Source: Pristiophorus japonicus
Taxonomy: Eukaryota
Assembly (NCBI RefSeq): GCF_044704955.1
Contig: NC_091983.1
Location: forward strand, 159,340,001 to 159,404,000
Direction: 5' to 3'
Length of the DNA: 64,000 nucleotides
Below are positions 1 to 13,600 of this stretch, piece after piece. The notes beneath the pieces are model-generated. The model was given only the letters and a program-made list of their open reading frames with translations, did no database searches and was not told where the DNA came from. Position 1 is the stretch's first letter, and each line of letters opens with the position of its first letter. The translations under genes were made by a program, and so were the position numbers.

Positions 1-150
1 CTTGTGGCTGCACTAATAGAGATAAAAATAAATAAAAAGAGTAGACTTTTGATTTACAGCCACATCTCTTCCAGGAACATAGCCTTGATTGGTTCTGTTC
101 CAGTCTTCTTGAATTTGTTCGTCTCTTTCATCCTGTTCACTGCTAGTTCC

Positions 151-460
151 CATAAGAAGATAAGAACATAAGAACATAAGAAATAGGAGCAGGAGTAGCC
201 TTTTGGCCCCTTGAGTCTGCTCTGCCATTTAATAAGATCTTGGCTGATCTGATCATGGACTCAGCTCCACTTCCCTGCCCCTTTGTTCCCTTATCGCTCA
301 AAAATCTATCTCCACCTTAACTATATTCAATGACCCAGCCTCCACAGTTCTCTGGGGCAGAGAATTCCACAGATTTACAATCCTCTGAGAGAAGAAATTC
401 CTCCTCATCTCAGTTTCAAATGGGCGGCCCCTTATTCTGAGACTATGCTCCCTAGTTTTA
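151..460 (-). mobile_element. CR1 LINE 3' end fragment
   Basis: (CATAAGAA)n is the reverse complement of the TTCTTATG tail. The adjoining sequence matches the 3' ends at 9540-9823 and 48960-49280. Confidence 0.9.
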
Positions 461-513
461 GTTTCTCTTTGTTTATGACTGGTACTGAAAAAGGGTTACA
501 CACAAAACACTAT

Positions 514-1159
514 GGGCCCGAATTTGATGGACTCACCGCCCACTACTGCCGACTGCTGCCCACTGCCACTGACATTCCTCTTCGGGTTCCGCCCAGTGCC
601 ACTTTCGATGTGAGCTGGAGTGGGTGGGAGGGGAGAGCCGCTGGGAAGCGCCCACTGACGTCAGCGGACGGCCGAGTGGCGTAAGTGGATTCCTGCCCGC
701 CGAGATGCCAGATTCATGCGGGTGGGAGTCGATGGGAGTCGGCGCCAGAACAAGGGTGGACCACTGCGAGGAGCTTGGTCTGTCCCCAACGGTAGGTATG
801 AAGATCCTAATAAAATGGTAAGTAAACTTAAAAAACATTTTTTTTTTCACCGCGACTTACCTCAATGGTATCCCCTGAAGATCTTCCGATGGATTTTCTT
901 TTCAGGTCTTCAACCCTCCATGGGCCCGACTTCATCCTTGGTGGCACTTGGACGACAAGCGCCTCTGCCGTCGAGAATGAGAGCTCCCACCGGCTACCAC
1001 CCAGATTGGTGGCGTACGTCGCAAATTTGCCGCCCGCCAATCTTCGAGGGACCTGAGTGATGAAAACCCCGCCCAAAGAACTGTCAGGGATCTCGGCAGC
1101 CACTGGCGGTCCATTGGGCGGCACTTGGGCGGGTGGGGGCCTTCATCAATTTCGAGCCC
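514..1159. mobile_element. Non-autonomous PIF/Harbinger-type MITE
   Basis: Imperfect TIRs GGGCCCGAATTTGATG / CATCAATTTCGAGCCC, 3-bp TSD TAT (511-513, 1160-1162), GC-rich non-coding interior. Confidence 0.8.
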
Positions 1160-1479
1160 TATATCACTGGTGCGACTAATGACTTTGGCAGCAGACTTTA
1201 TTACTTACATCAAGCTATTTAATTACATTTTTTATACTGAACAACTTTTAATCCAAAATAAATTTGTTTACTTTCATGATGTATTCTGCTACATTAATGA
1301 ATCAAACTCTTCTTTACACTTTGTTGGTGATTGGGTGTTGGAGTGACCTCATGGCATTTGATGTGCAAGAATCATCCTTGGAGATTGAATGAATAGATTC
1401 AATATTAAATTTTAGATAAACTGTGGATTTTACTGTAAATATGATCTGGAAGACAGAGGCTAATAATTAATTTAGTTCA

Positions 1480-2059
1480 AGCCCAGCAAATGATAATGTA
1501 CACAAAGCATTTTACGTGAGATATTATTGACATGGCTATAATAGAAGGCTTTGCTTTTCCATGAAGGTGCGAAAATGTATCGAACAGCAAGAAGTTCCTG
1601 TATGTGCACTGAAGATATAAACTAAACTTGCCACAGAAAGTTCGAGTTTGTCCATTTTTAATGGAGTGATAAGTCTTAATTGCTGCCAAACAACCTCGTT
1701 GGTACTGAAAATTAACTTCTACAAGTGTGGAGTCTCATTCCTTCAGCTTTGAATTATTGCTGGAGATTTTTTTTAATTGAATTTTTAAAAAACTTTACTT
1801 TCTATCTCTTTTTTCTCTCTCTTTTCCTAATTTTGCTCTTATTTCACCTTCTGTGCCCGATTTGACATTGGATTCACTACTCTAACTTACACTTCCTGGT
1901 TCAGACTCTGCACTGTTTATTAACGATTCTTCAATCTGATTGGTTAAGGAAATACACAGTTGCCGCTAGAGGATGCGGTGCCATTTGATGCCCTGCTGAC
2001 AGCAACGCGCGATGCAAAAGCTCATAGAAAATAAATGGGCAAGGGCAAGTCTAACAAAC
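1480..2059. mobile_element. Probable old non-autonomous DNA transposon interrupted by the CR1 at 2060; right end at ~9824-9860
   Basis: Sequence after the CR1 tail ends in AAATTCTGGCCC, a Harbinger-like TIR end. The left TIR is not clearly seen. Confidence 0.3.
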
Positions 2060-2650
2060 ATGAAATATAAAAATGGATAGCAAGAGTTACTATAGGTATA
2101 TAAAAAGGAAAAGAATGGTTAAAGTAAATGTTGGTCCCTTAGAGGACGAGACCGGGGAATTAATGATGGGGATCATGGAGATGGCAGAAACTCTGAACAA
2201 ATATTTTGTATCAGTCTTTATGGTAGAGGAAACTAACAATATTCCAACAATGGATAGTCAAGGGGCTATGGGGGGGAGGGGGGAGGGAACTTAACACAAT
2301 CACAATCACTAAAGAGGTGGTACTCAGTAAGATAGTGGGACTAAAGGCGGATAAATCCGCTGGACCTGATGGATTGCATCCTAGGTTCTTAAGAGAAGTA
2401 GCGGCAGGGATAGTGGATGCATTGTTTGTAATTTACGAAAATTCCCTGGATTCTGGGAAGGTCCCAGCAGATTGGAAAACTGCAAATGTAACACCCCTAT
2501 TTAAAAAAGGAGGCAGACAAAAAGCAGGAAATTGTAGACCAGTTAGCCTGACATCTGTGGTTGGGAAAATGTTGGAGTCCATTATTAAAGAAGCAGGAGC
2601 AGGACATTTGGAAAAGCATAATTCAGTCAGGCAGAGTCAACATGGATTTA

Positions 2651-4242
2651 GAAGGAGGAACTGAGGGAAATCCTTATTGTCGGGAAATTGTGTTGGGGAA
2701 ATTGATGGGATTGAAGGCCGATAAATCCCCAGGGCCTGATGGTCTGCATCCCAGAGTACTTAAGGAGGTGGCCTTGGAAATAGCGGATGCATTGACAGTC
2801 ATTTTCCAACATTCCATAGACTCTGGATCAGTTCCTATGCAGTGGAGGGTAGCCAATGTAACCCCACTTTTTAAAAAAGGAGAGAGAGAGAAAACAGGGA
2901 ATTAAAGACCGGTCAGCCTGACATCGGTAGTGGGTAAAATGATAGAATCAATTATTAAGGATGTCATAGCAGCGCATTTGGAAAGAGGTGACATGATAGG
3001 TCCAAGTCAGCATGGATTTGTGAAAGGGAAATCATGCTTGACAAATCTTCTGGAATTTTTTGAGGATGTTTCCAGTAGAGTGGACAAGGGAGAACCAGTT
3101 GATGTGGTGTATTTGGCTTTCGACAAGGTCCCATTCAAGAGATTAATGTGCAAAGTTAAAGCACATGGGATTGGGGGTAGTGTGCTGACGTGGATTGAGA
3201 ACTGATTGGCAGACAGGAAGCAAAGAGTAGGAGTAAATGGGTACTTTTCAGAATGGCAGGCAGTGACTAGTGGGGTACCGCAAGGTTCTGTGCTGGGGCC
3301 CCAGCTGTTTACATTGTACATTAATGATTTAGACAAGGGGATTAAATTTAGTATCTCCAAATTTGCGGATGACACTAAGTTGGGTGGCAGTGTGAGCTGC
3401 GAGGAGGATGCTATTAGGCTGCAGAGTGACTTGGATAGGTTAGGTGAGTGGGCAAATGCATGGCAGATGAAGTATAATGTGGATAAATGTGAGGTTATCC
3501 ACTTTAGTGGTAAAAACAGAGAGACAGACTATTATCTGAATGGTGACAGATTAGGAAAAGGGAAGGCGCAACGAGACCTGGGTGTCATGGTACATCAGTC
3601 ATTGAAGGTTGGCATGCAGGTACAGCAGGCGGTTAAGAAAGCAAATGGCATGTTGGCCTTCATAGCGAGGGGATTTGAGTACAGGGGCAGGGAGATGTTA
3701 CTACAGTTGTACAGGGCCTTGGTGAGGCCACACCTGGAGTATTGTGTACAGTTTTGGTCTCCTAACTTGCGGAAGGACATTCTTGCTATTGAGGGAGTGC
3801 AGCGAAGGTTAACCAGACTGATTCCCGGGATGGCGGGACTGACATATCAAGAAAAACTGGATCAACTGGACATGTATTCAGAAGAATGAGAGGGGATCTC
3901 ATAGAAATGTTTAAAATTCTGACGGGTTTAGACAGGTTAGATGCAGGATGAGTGTTCCAAATGTTGGGAAAGTCCAGAACCAGGGGTCACAGTCTAAGGA
4001 TAAGGGGTAAGCCATTTAGAACCGAGATGAGAAGAAACTTCTTCACCCAGAGAGTGGTGAACCTATGGAATTCTCTACCACAGAAAGTTGTTGATTTAGA
4101 TATAGTCTTTACTACTAGGGGGATCAAGGGGTATGGCGAGAAAGCAGGATGGGGTACTGAAGTTGCATGTTCAGCCATGAACCCATTGAATGGCGGTGCA
4201 GGCCTACTCCTGCACCTATTTTCTATGTTTCTATGTTTCTAT
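2651..4242 (+). mobile_element. 5'-truncated CR1 LINE (subfamily B, TTTCTATG tail) nested in CR1-A
   Basis: RT motifs GVPQGSVLGP and FADD, a (TTTCTATG)n tail, and insertion at the QHGF codons of the host with GAAGG microhomology. Confidence 0.93.
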
Positions 4243-4476
4243 GAAGGGGTAGTCATATTTGACAAATTTGCTGGAATTCTTTGAGGATATAATGAACAGG
4301 GTGGATAAAGGGGAGCTCGTGGATGTGGTGTATTTGGACTTCCAGAAAGCATTTGACAAGGTACCACATAAAAGGTTACTGCACAAGAAAAAAGTTAATG
4401 GGGTTGGAGGTAATATATTAGCATGGATAGAGGATTGGCTAACTAACAGAAGACAGAGAGTCGGGATAAATGGTTC

Positions 4477-7400
4477 TGTCATGTTTGTAACCTTCACATA
4501 ACTGTAACCTTTATGTAACAACACTGTACACTGTATACACCTGAGTAATGCACCTTGACCACAGGGGGTGAACTTGTGGGAAACACTCCTCACCTGGTCA
4601 TCCAGGTATATAAAGGGAGGTCCCATGCAGGGTCAGCACTTCTTGATCCTGGGAATAAAGGTTCAGGTCACATAGTGACTTTGTCTGCAGTACACGCCTC
4701 ATGTGATTCCATAGTAAGGTGTAAGGACACTACAGTTGGCAACGAGAAACGGGAATCACCGACCCACGAGGATGGCCACTGGTAGCACAGAGGAACGGTA
4801 CTGTGTTGGTGAGGACTGGGACGATTTCGTTGAGAGACTCCAGCAGAGCTTTGTCACGAAGGACTGGCTAGGAGAGGAAGCGGCTGGCAAAAGGAAGGCA
4901 CATCTACTGACCAGCTATGGATCCAAGACGTATGCGTTGATGAAAGACCTGTTCGCAACCGAGAAGCCGGCGGTCAAGTCCTTTGAAGAGCTCAGCATTC
5001 TGATCGGTGAGCACCCCAAACCGGCGAGCAATATGCACATGGCCCAGCACCGGTTCTATACACACCGGCATCGGGAGGGACAAAGCATATCGGACTTCGT
5101 TGCGGACCTTCGGTGTTTGGCCAGCCTCTATAAGTTCACAGACGCCTGCAGGGGGGAGATGTTAAGGGATTTCTTCATTGAAGGCATTGGTCATGCCGGG
5201 ATTTTCAGGAAGCTTATTGAGACCAATGACTTGACCTTGGAAAGGGCAATGCTGATAGCTCAGACTTTCATGGCAGGGGAAGAGGAGACCAAGATAATTT
5301 ACGCACGCAGCCCTGGTTCCAATGTGGCGATGGACCAGGGAGTTAACATTGTAAATGAGACACAGAACTCTGCAGGTAGGCAAGGGTAATTTGACACCGC
5401 CCAGGCAGCAACAGGCTCTCGGGTGGTTCAGCAACAGAGACATTGGCAGGGGGATCGGCAATTCACGCCATCACAAGGGACAATGGGTCCCGGGATGGGA
5501 CCATTGACACTCAGCAACAGAGTGCTCAAGAGTAATCAACGAGACAATCAGAGAAGAATGCCTGTTAACAGTTCCTTTGCTCACAACAATCTCAGCTCAT
5601 GCTGGAGGTGCAGTGGAAGACATGCTGCGAAAACCTGTAGGTTTCAACAATTTATCTGTAGAAACTGTAACTTCAGTGGACATCTGGCCAGAATGTGCAG
5701 AAAGCCTGTAGCGAGGCTAGTTTATGAGGCAGAGGAACCAGACAAGGGTCTTCGAGGTAGGGTGATGCTTGGGGCAAAGCTAAGAACGCTGAAGTCCAGC
5801 GGGTTCATGTTGCAGACGTCCACAGCTCATACACCAAAACGCCACCTATGATGAAAGTTCTATTAAAGGCATCCCGGTACGCATGGAGATGGACACAGGA
5901 GCCAGCCAGTCTCTTATGAGTGCCCAACAATTTGAAAAACCATGGCCACTCAAAGCTAACAGGCCCAAACTGGAACACATTGACACGCAGCTACAGACGT
6001 ACACCAGAGAGATCATCCCAGTACTAGGCAGTGCAAACTTGGTGGTCACACCCAATGGATCGGAGAACCGGCTGCCACTCTGGAATGGTCCTGCGCTCTT
6101 GGGAAGGAGCTGGCTTGCCGAGATGAACTGGAAATGGGGGGATGTGCACGCCATTTCAACTGTGGAGCGAAGTTCATGCTCATAGGTCCTACGGAAATTC
6201 GAGCCACTTTTTCAACCAGGTGTCGGGACCTTTAAGGGCACCAAAGTAGTGATACGCATCACCCCGGACGCCAGACCAGTGCACCACAAAGCCAGAGCCG
6301 TGCCGTATGTGATGTGTGAGAGAATTGAGAGTGAGTTGGACAGGCTGCTAAGAAAGGGCATAATTTCGCCTGTTGAATTCAGTGACTGGGCAAGCCCCAT
6401 CGCTTCTGTCCTTAAAGCGGATGGCTCGGCCAGGATTTGTGGCGACTACAAGGCCACCATCAACTGAGTGTCACTACAGGACCAATACCCGCTTCCGAGA
6501 GTGGAGGATCTTTTTGCCACGCTGGCAGCTAGCAAGCTGTTCACCAAGTTGGACCTCACTTCAACCTACATGACTCAGGAACTGGCTGAAGAATCCAAGC
6601 TTCTGACCACCATCACTACGCACAAGGGGCTATTTGTTTGGCATTCGTTCAGCGGCCGCTATCTTCCAGAGGAACATGGAAAGCTTGCTTAAATCCATCC
6701 CTGGAACAATCGTATTCCAAGCTGACCTTGTACAACTCCTGTAAGAAACTGGTTTTAACGTGTGATGCATCATCCTATGGGGTTGGGTGTATGTTGCAGC
6801 AGAGTAATGATGACGGCCAACTCCAACCTGTGGCTTATGCCTCCAGGTCGCTCTCTCAGGCAGAACGAGGATATGGGATGGTTGAAAAGGAAGCACTCGC
6901 ATGTGTCTACGGGGTGAAAAAGATGCACCAGTACCTTTTCGGCAGAAGTTCGAGTTAGAAACGGACCACAAACCGTTAACATCCCTGTTGTGCATACCAA
7001 TGCGTCAGCTCGCATACAGCGGTGGGCCCTCACGCTGGCTGCGTATGACTACACCATACGGCACCGGCCAGGCACCGAAAATTGCGCTGACACGGTCAGC
7101 AGGTTCCCACTGGCGACTACCGAGGAGGCATCGGGACAAAGCGCGGCGACACCGCAGGCTCCCCCATCACAGCCCGCCAGATCAAAATCTGGACCAACAG
7201 AGATCCCCTCCTATCCCTGATAAAGAAATGTGTCTTGACTGGGGATTGGGCGCCCGCACACGGAGCGTGTCCCGAGGAGGTCAGGCCGTTTCACAGATGG
7301 ATGGACGAGCTCTCCATCCAAGCCGACTGCCTGCTATGGGGCAGCCAGGTAGTCAAGCCCCAGAAAGGAAGGGAAGCGTTCATCAGGGAACTCCACAGCG

Positions 7401-8766
7401 AGCACCCAGGCATCGTGCTAATGAAGGCCATTGCCCGGTCACATGTATGGTGGCCGGGAATTGACTCAGACCTGGAACACTGGGTTCGCTGGTGCACAAC
7501 GTGTTCTCAGCTGGGAAATGCCCCCAGGGAGGCCCCACTCAGCCCGTGGCCCTGGCACACCAGGCCATGGTCACGTATTCACATAGACTACGCGGACCAG
7601 TTCATGGGAAAAATGTTCCTGATTGTTGTCGATGCATACTCGAAATGGATTGAATGCATCATATTAAATTCGTGCATGACATTCACCACCGTGGAAAGTC
7701 TGCATATGGTCTTTGTGACCCATGGCTTGCCGGACATCCTGGTTAGCGATAATGGCCCGTGTTTCACTAGCTATTAATTCCAGGTGTTTATGTCGGGTAA
7801 TGGTATCAAACATGTCAGGACAGCACCGTTCAAGCCGGCTTCCAATGCCAGGTGGAACGTGCGGTTCAAATCATAAAACAGGGCATGCTCCGGATTCAAG
7901 AACCCTCCCTTCAGTACCGCCTATCGCGCCTCCTACTGGCCTATAGGTCCCGCCCGCATTTGCTTACGGGAGTCCCACCAGCGGAACTACTCATGAAACG
8001 CACGCATAAAACGCGGCTGTCCCTCATTCACCCAGACCCGTCAGACATTGTTGAGGGCAAGCGCCAGTCCCAAATCGAGTGCCATGATCGCAACTCAGTG
8101 GGGAGATGCATAGAAATTGATGACCCTGTATTTGTTCTCAATCATGCTTTGGGACCCAAGTGGCTTGAGGGTACTGTAATTGGCAAAGAGGGGAATAGGT
8201 CCACAGTAGTCAGACATAACAATGAACAGATATGCCGCAAACATCCGGACCAAGTAAAGAAAAGGTTCAGCATGGACACTGAGGAACCTGAGGAAGATCA
8301 TGAGATGTCACCCACACCACTGCCAGTGAATGAACAACAAGGACATTCAACAGCATGCACAGTCTCTGCGGCCAGCCCGGACAGGCTGGAATCACCTCAG
8401 GTGACAGAGACGCATGCCAAGGCCCAACCACCAGATCCCCAACTGTGGCGCTCCACGAGAGAGTGTCGACCGCCTGAAAGACTCAATCTTTGAACCAAAG
8501 ACGTTGGGGGGAGGTGATGTCATGTTTGTAACCTTCATATAACTGTAACCTTTATGTAACAACACTGTACACTGTATACACCTGAGTAATGCACAGGGGG
8601 TGAATTTGTGGGAGACACTCCTCACCTGGTCATCCAGGTATATAAAGGGAGGTCCCACGCAGGGTCAGCACTTCTTGGTCCTGGGAATAAAGGTTCAGGT
8701 CACGTAGTGACTTTGTCTGCAGTACATGCCTCATGTGATTACATAGTAAGGTGTAAGGACACTACA
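4477..8766 (+). mobile_element. Gypsy (Mag-like) LTR retrotransposon E1, decayed, RT internally deleted
   Basis: LTRs 4477-4734 and 8518-8766 (TG...CA), perfect TSD GGTTC, PBS TGGCAACGAG, PPT ~8504-8517. Remnants of gag (CCHC), protease (DTGA), RT, RNaseH (CDASSYG) and integrase (HPG, SDNG). Confidence 0.96.
4771..8493 (+). pseudogene. gag-pol pseudogene of E1
   Basis: Fragmented ORFs 4736-5389, 5423-5851, 5883-6185, 6249-6692, 7235-7777 and 7852-8493 in gag-PR-RT-RH-IN order, with stops and frameshifts. Confidence 0.9.
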
Positions 8767-10269
8767 GGTTCATTCTCGAATTGGCAACCAGTAACTAGTG
8801 AAGTGCCGCAGGGATCAGTGCTGCGACCCCAACTATTTACAATATATATTAACGACTTAGATGAAGGGAGCGAGTGTAAGGTAGCCAAGTTTGTTGATGG
8901 TACAAAGATGGGAGGAAAAGCAATATGTGAGGAGGACACAAAAAACCTGCAAAAAGACATAGACTGGCTAAGTGAGTGGGCAAAAATTTGGCAGATGGAG
9001 TATAATGTTGGAAAGTGTGAGATTATACACTTTTGCAGAAAAAATCGAAGAGCAAGTTATTATTTAAATGGAAACAAATTGCAAAGTGCTGCAGTACAGC
9101 GGGACCTGGGGGTGCTGGCGCATGAAACACAAAAGGTTAGTATGCAGGTACAGCAAGTAATCAGGAAGGCCAATGGAATCTTGGCCTTTATTGCAAAGGG
9201 GATGGAGTATAAAAGCAGGGAAGTCTTGCTACAGTTATACGGGGTATTGGTGAGGCCACACCTGGAATACTGTGTACAGTTTTGGTTTCCATATTTAAGG
9301 AAGGATCTATTTGCTTTGGAGGCAGTTCAGAGAAGGTTCACTAGGTTGATTCCGGAGATGAGGGGGTTGACTTATGAGGAAAGGTTGAGTAGGTTGAGCC
9401 TCTACTCATTGGAATTCAGAAGAATGAGAGGTGATCTTATCGAAACGTATAAGATTATGAGGGGGTTTGACAAGGTGGATGCAGAGAGGATGTTTCCACT
9501 GATAGGGGAGACTAGAACTTGGGGGGCATAATCTTAGAATAAGGGGCTGCCCATTTAAAACAGAGATGTGGAGGAATTTCAGTGGGTTGTGAATCTGTGG
9601 AATTCGCTGCCTCAGAGAGCTGTGGAAGCTGGGTCATTGAATAAATTTAAGACAGAAATAGAAAGTTCTGAACCGATAAGGGGATAAGGGGTTATGGGGA
9701 ATGGGCAGGGAAGTGGACTCAATTTCATGATCGGATCAGCCATGATTGTATTAAATGGCGGAGCAGGCTCGAGGGGCCGTAGGGCCTACTCCTGCTTCTA
9801 TTTCTTATGTACTTATGTTCTTAAACGATGGGCGCTGTTCGTTCACTCTAAATTCTGGCCCTCTGTTTATTGTCTAAAGTGCATCCGTGATTTACAATCT
9901 GAATATAGAGCCACAAATCATAAGTTTTGGTGGATTTAACTATGGCATCTAGCTTCTTTAAGCAGTCTTTGAATTCAGTACAATAAGAAAGAAAAGAAAG
10001 AAAGATAATACATAGAACTTGTACATCTAGGACCAGCAGTTAATGCAAAATAAACCGCCAAATGGTGCCTACTGCATAATAAGGGTCTCAGAAGTTACAA
10101 AGTCTGTGATACAACAATTAAAACAATTATTAAGAAACTCAGGTGCAGGGGAGTTAAATGTGCATGGATCCAAGAGACTGGTTTTAAGAGATAGATAGAG
10201 AAAAGGAAGGGGTAGATAGTAAAGAAATTCTGACAAACACTCCACAACATTGGAATGTTGTGCTCATGT

Positions 10270-10689
10270 TGAGCATGAGCTCCTGGTCCAGCAACACCTC
10301 AATTTTAAAATTCACATCCTTGTTTTCAGATCCCTCCATGGTCTCTTCCCTTCCTATCTCTGTAACTTCACCACCCCTGTAACCCGCTGAGATCTCTGTG
10401 CTCCTTCAATTCTGACCACTTGCCCGATTTTCTTTGCTCCACCGTTGGCGGCAGTGCCTTCAGCTGCCAAGAACCTAAGCTGTGGAATTACCTCCCTAAA
10501 CCTCTCCGCCTCTCTACCTCTCTTTACTCTTTAAGACGCTCCTTAAAATCTATCTGTGTCACCAAGCTTCTGGTCACCTGTCCTAATATTTGGCTCGGTG
10601 TCAAATGTTGTTTGATAATGGCTCCTATGAAGTGCTTTGGGATGTTTTACTCCATTAACATTGCATATAAATGCAAGTTGTTGTTGTTG
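10270..10689 (+). mobile_element. L2-clade LINE 3' fragment
   Basis: Degenerate ORF2 C-terminus (FKIHILVFRSLHGL...GGSAFSC..PKLWNYLP) and tail AAATGCAAG(TTG)n. Confidence 0.75.
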
Positions 10690-13600
10690 AGTACCCATGC
10701 CCCCATGGAATTTGATTGAGACACAACTTATTTTAATAAGGACCCTGACAGCAATCAGACAAAGAAAATGTTCCCTTTGTCAGCCTGGGCTGGATTTGAA
10801 TCCAGTTTCCATAGCACTCAGCTCTGGGGAAAGCTACCTCTTGAAATGGTACTCTGTGCTCCAAGAGGCACTAGTAGAACCTCACTTACATTACAGCAGT
10901 GCTGTGAAAATTGGTGCCGCTGTATGTAGACTGACTATAATATAAATGCGACACAAGAGGATTCAAGTGAAATTGTAAAAGCAGCATTCTAATTGTGTAC
11001 TAAGTGTTTAGAATGATGTTGTAATCATTCACAGCAATGATATTGATCTCACTGGAATCTAATGTACATTCATTTATGCATAAAAGTCACTTCATCAGAA
11101 TTTGTTGTGGGATTGTGAGTTACCACTTCAATTGGATTCAGCTCAAACTTCCCTGTGCGAACAAGTGCACTAAATGAGCCATTTGACCATGAAAAGTTCC
11201 AAGGTAACTGCAGCCATCCATGACTCCTCATTAATTCACTTTTACAATCGCAACGAGCAATCACACACTGTGATAAATGTAACACACGTTCGTATGGGAA
11301 AATATGCAAAAGGTGACAGCTGTAAAGGCAGGAATGGCGTTGTCTGATACACACAAAAAGTCCAGAAGAGCTGGTTTAACAGGGCGGAGTTAAAAGAAAT
11401 CTAAAATGAAAATAGCATACATGCATTAGCAGAGCTACTATTATGAGATAAACTATTTTATTGTCATATACAAGAATGGTTTGCGTGTCAGTTTAATTTG
11501 TGATCAGCAAACAATGGGTAAGTTTGGTTGCCCAAATCATAATTGACCTCCTGCAAGGATACCCTGTCATAATTTGGTAGCTTGAGTTAAATGTAATATA
11601 TTTTAGTTAAATATCCAAAAGTGCTCACCCAGAGCCCATTGCTAAATAAGCGGCTTTGAACAGCAGATAAATATGTGCTGTTTGCTTATAACTGAAAGAA
11701 GAAAGAGTTGGATAAATGTGCAATGTGGCCTTCTGTGATTTTTTTTTTACTGTACTTTCATCTATTTGCATTTAAGTGCTTGTGAACTCGCTTCATATGT
11801 TCACTGATGACAGGCAAAGCAACACAAAAGGTGTGAAATCGAAGCTGTCTGATAACTGGATGTGGCTGATTAATAGAAATTTCTCGGTGAGGCTCCTGCA
11901 GCTCAGAGGCTGAGCCTTGTGGGGGTCACTGGAATGGAGCAGCTGTAGAGACAGCAGGAGCAAGAAGGACAGCTTGACCAGCCTTTCCATGGTAAGCACA
12001 AGTAGAAGGACTAATAGGCTCTTTAGCTTACAGCATTAGCAAGAGTGACAGCGAACTGTGCTAATTGGTCTTTGGCGTACCAATAAAGCATCAGTGCCCT
12101 GTTCACTTTCACTTGTTTAGAAAATGGAGTGAAGAATGTTTACCAAATTCAATCAACTTTGCCTTCTTAGGATTTTATTCCTATCGGATTGGATAGCTTC
12201 CATATAGGTTTAAGGCTGTGACTAACAGAATCACTGTACACTGTTAAATCAGCTTTCAAACTAACTGTTAAAAGTTAAAATTGAATTGTCTCTCATTTAC
12301 TGGCCTAAACAAACTGCTATTAAATTCTCTAAAAATTATGAGGGAAAACAATTTCTAAATATATCTCAGCCTCTTTTTGACAAATTTCTCATTTCTGTAA
12401 ATAAAAATGCTGCTGGGTATTTCATCTAGACATTTTACATACCGGGACTGTGTAACCCGTAACTTGTAGCAAATAACTATCTTTTTTAGTTCAAATGCAA
12501 CAAGTTCTGTGGCACGTCTGACACAAGTTGGTGAGAATATTGCGAGAAGATATGGTTTGTTGTAATTTTATCGTTTGGGCCCAAGAGGATTGGTTTAAAG
12601 AGATGTTATCGCCACAGCTAGAAGCAATCTGCTGCACAATCTCTACCTCAGCACCACTGTGTTGGCCAACCTGGAAAAGCTGCACTATGATGGATGCTAT
12701 AACCACTGCACTGCTAACTGTCGCCATACAAGTTTGAATTTCCAGTTTAGATTTTATTGCAACTTAGATAAAATAAAATAGTACATTAATAGTGCCAGAT
12801 GCAATCTGCAATACTCTCCATTAACTAGGTAAATTTTCACATGAGATAATTAGCCAGAGGAGAGGCCACAATACTTTACTCTCACTTATCAACAGGTAAT
12901 ATTTTGCAGCTGATTAAAATTCTTTATGCTGTTCAATCCAACAAAACTACTGTGTGAAAATACCCTCTTTGCAATAACATCAGCTGTAGCTTAAATTATG
13001 CCATTATATATGGAGTCCCGATGACCACAGAATGACGCCATTTAAATTGCTTTAGTTTTAAATGTACCTAAAGGTGACAGGATGCCCAAAGTCAACACAC
13101 CCCAGGCTTGTGAGAAGAGAACAGACCAGGCCTGTGAAACAGCAAACGCTTGCTAAAAAAAAAGGCTGTCCGACTACAGGTCAGGCACAGGGGTATCTGC
13201 ATGTAAATACATTGCTTTAAACAGGTTCAAAGAAAAGCATCAAAGAAAGTGTTCTCAACCTGACATCAAGATAGAAATAATGGCGACCTAACAGTCAGAG
13301 GCAGACTTTTCCAACGCTGAAACTAAATCAAATCTTTCCCAACAATGGACAGCTCATGACATTGATGCATATTTGTAAAGCAAAAGGTGACAACATTAGT
13401 GGGGGACGTTCCTTCTCTCTGCAGAAGGACAACTTCCCTCAGTCCCGGAAAAGAATGGTGAGATCAGCACTGATACAGGGACCATAATGTAAGCCTGATA
13501 GCATATCTTTTCATAACATTAACAGCTTAAGGCATCAATACATCCAAGGATGCAGAAGGCACGTGGCAAAAAAAAATCTGAAGGGTGTGAAATTGGCATG

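Larger units (their letters stand above)
2060..9823 (+). mobile_element. 5'-truncated CR1 LINE (subfamily A, TTCTTATG tail) in three pieces: 2060-2650, 4243-4476, 8767-9823
   Basis: ORF2 motifs YRYIKRKR, KSAGPDG, QHGF, DVVYLDFQKAFDKV, VPQGSVL, RPHLEYCVQFW. The pieces rejoin colinearly once the two inserts are removed. Confidence 0.93.

Noticed and set aside
3007-3780. Antisense ORFs over CR1 RT (also 21935-22639, 47343-47897, 49542-49967)
   Set aside because: Shadow ORFs of LINE coding sequence with no independent evidence.
8608-9531. 307-aa novel fusion protein
   Set aside because: Chance read-through from the E1 3' LTR into the CR1 RT remnant.
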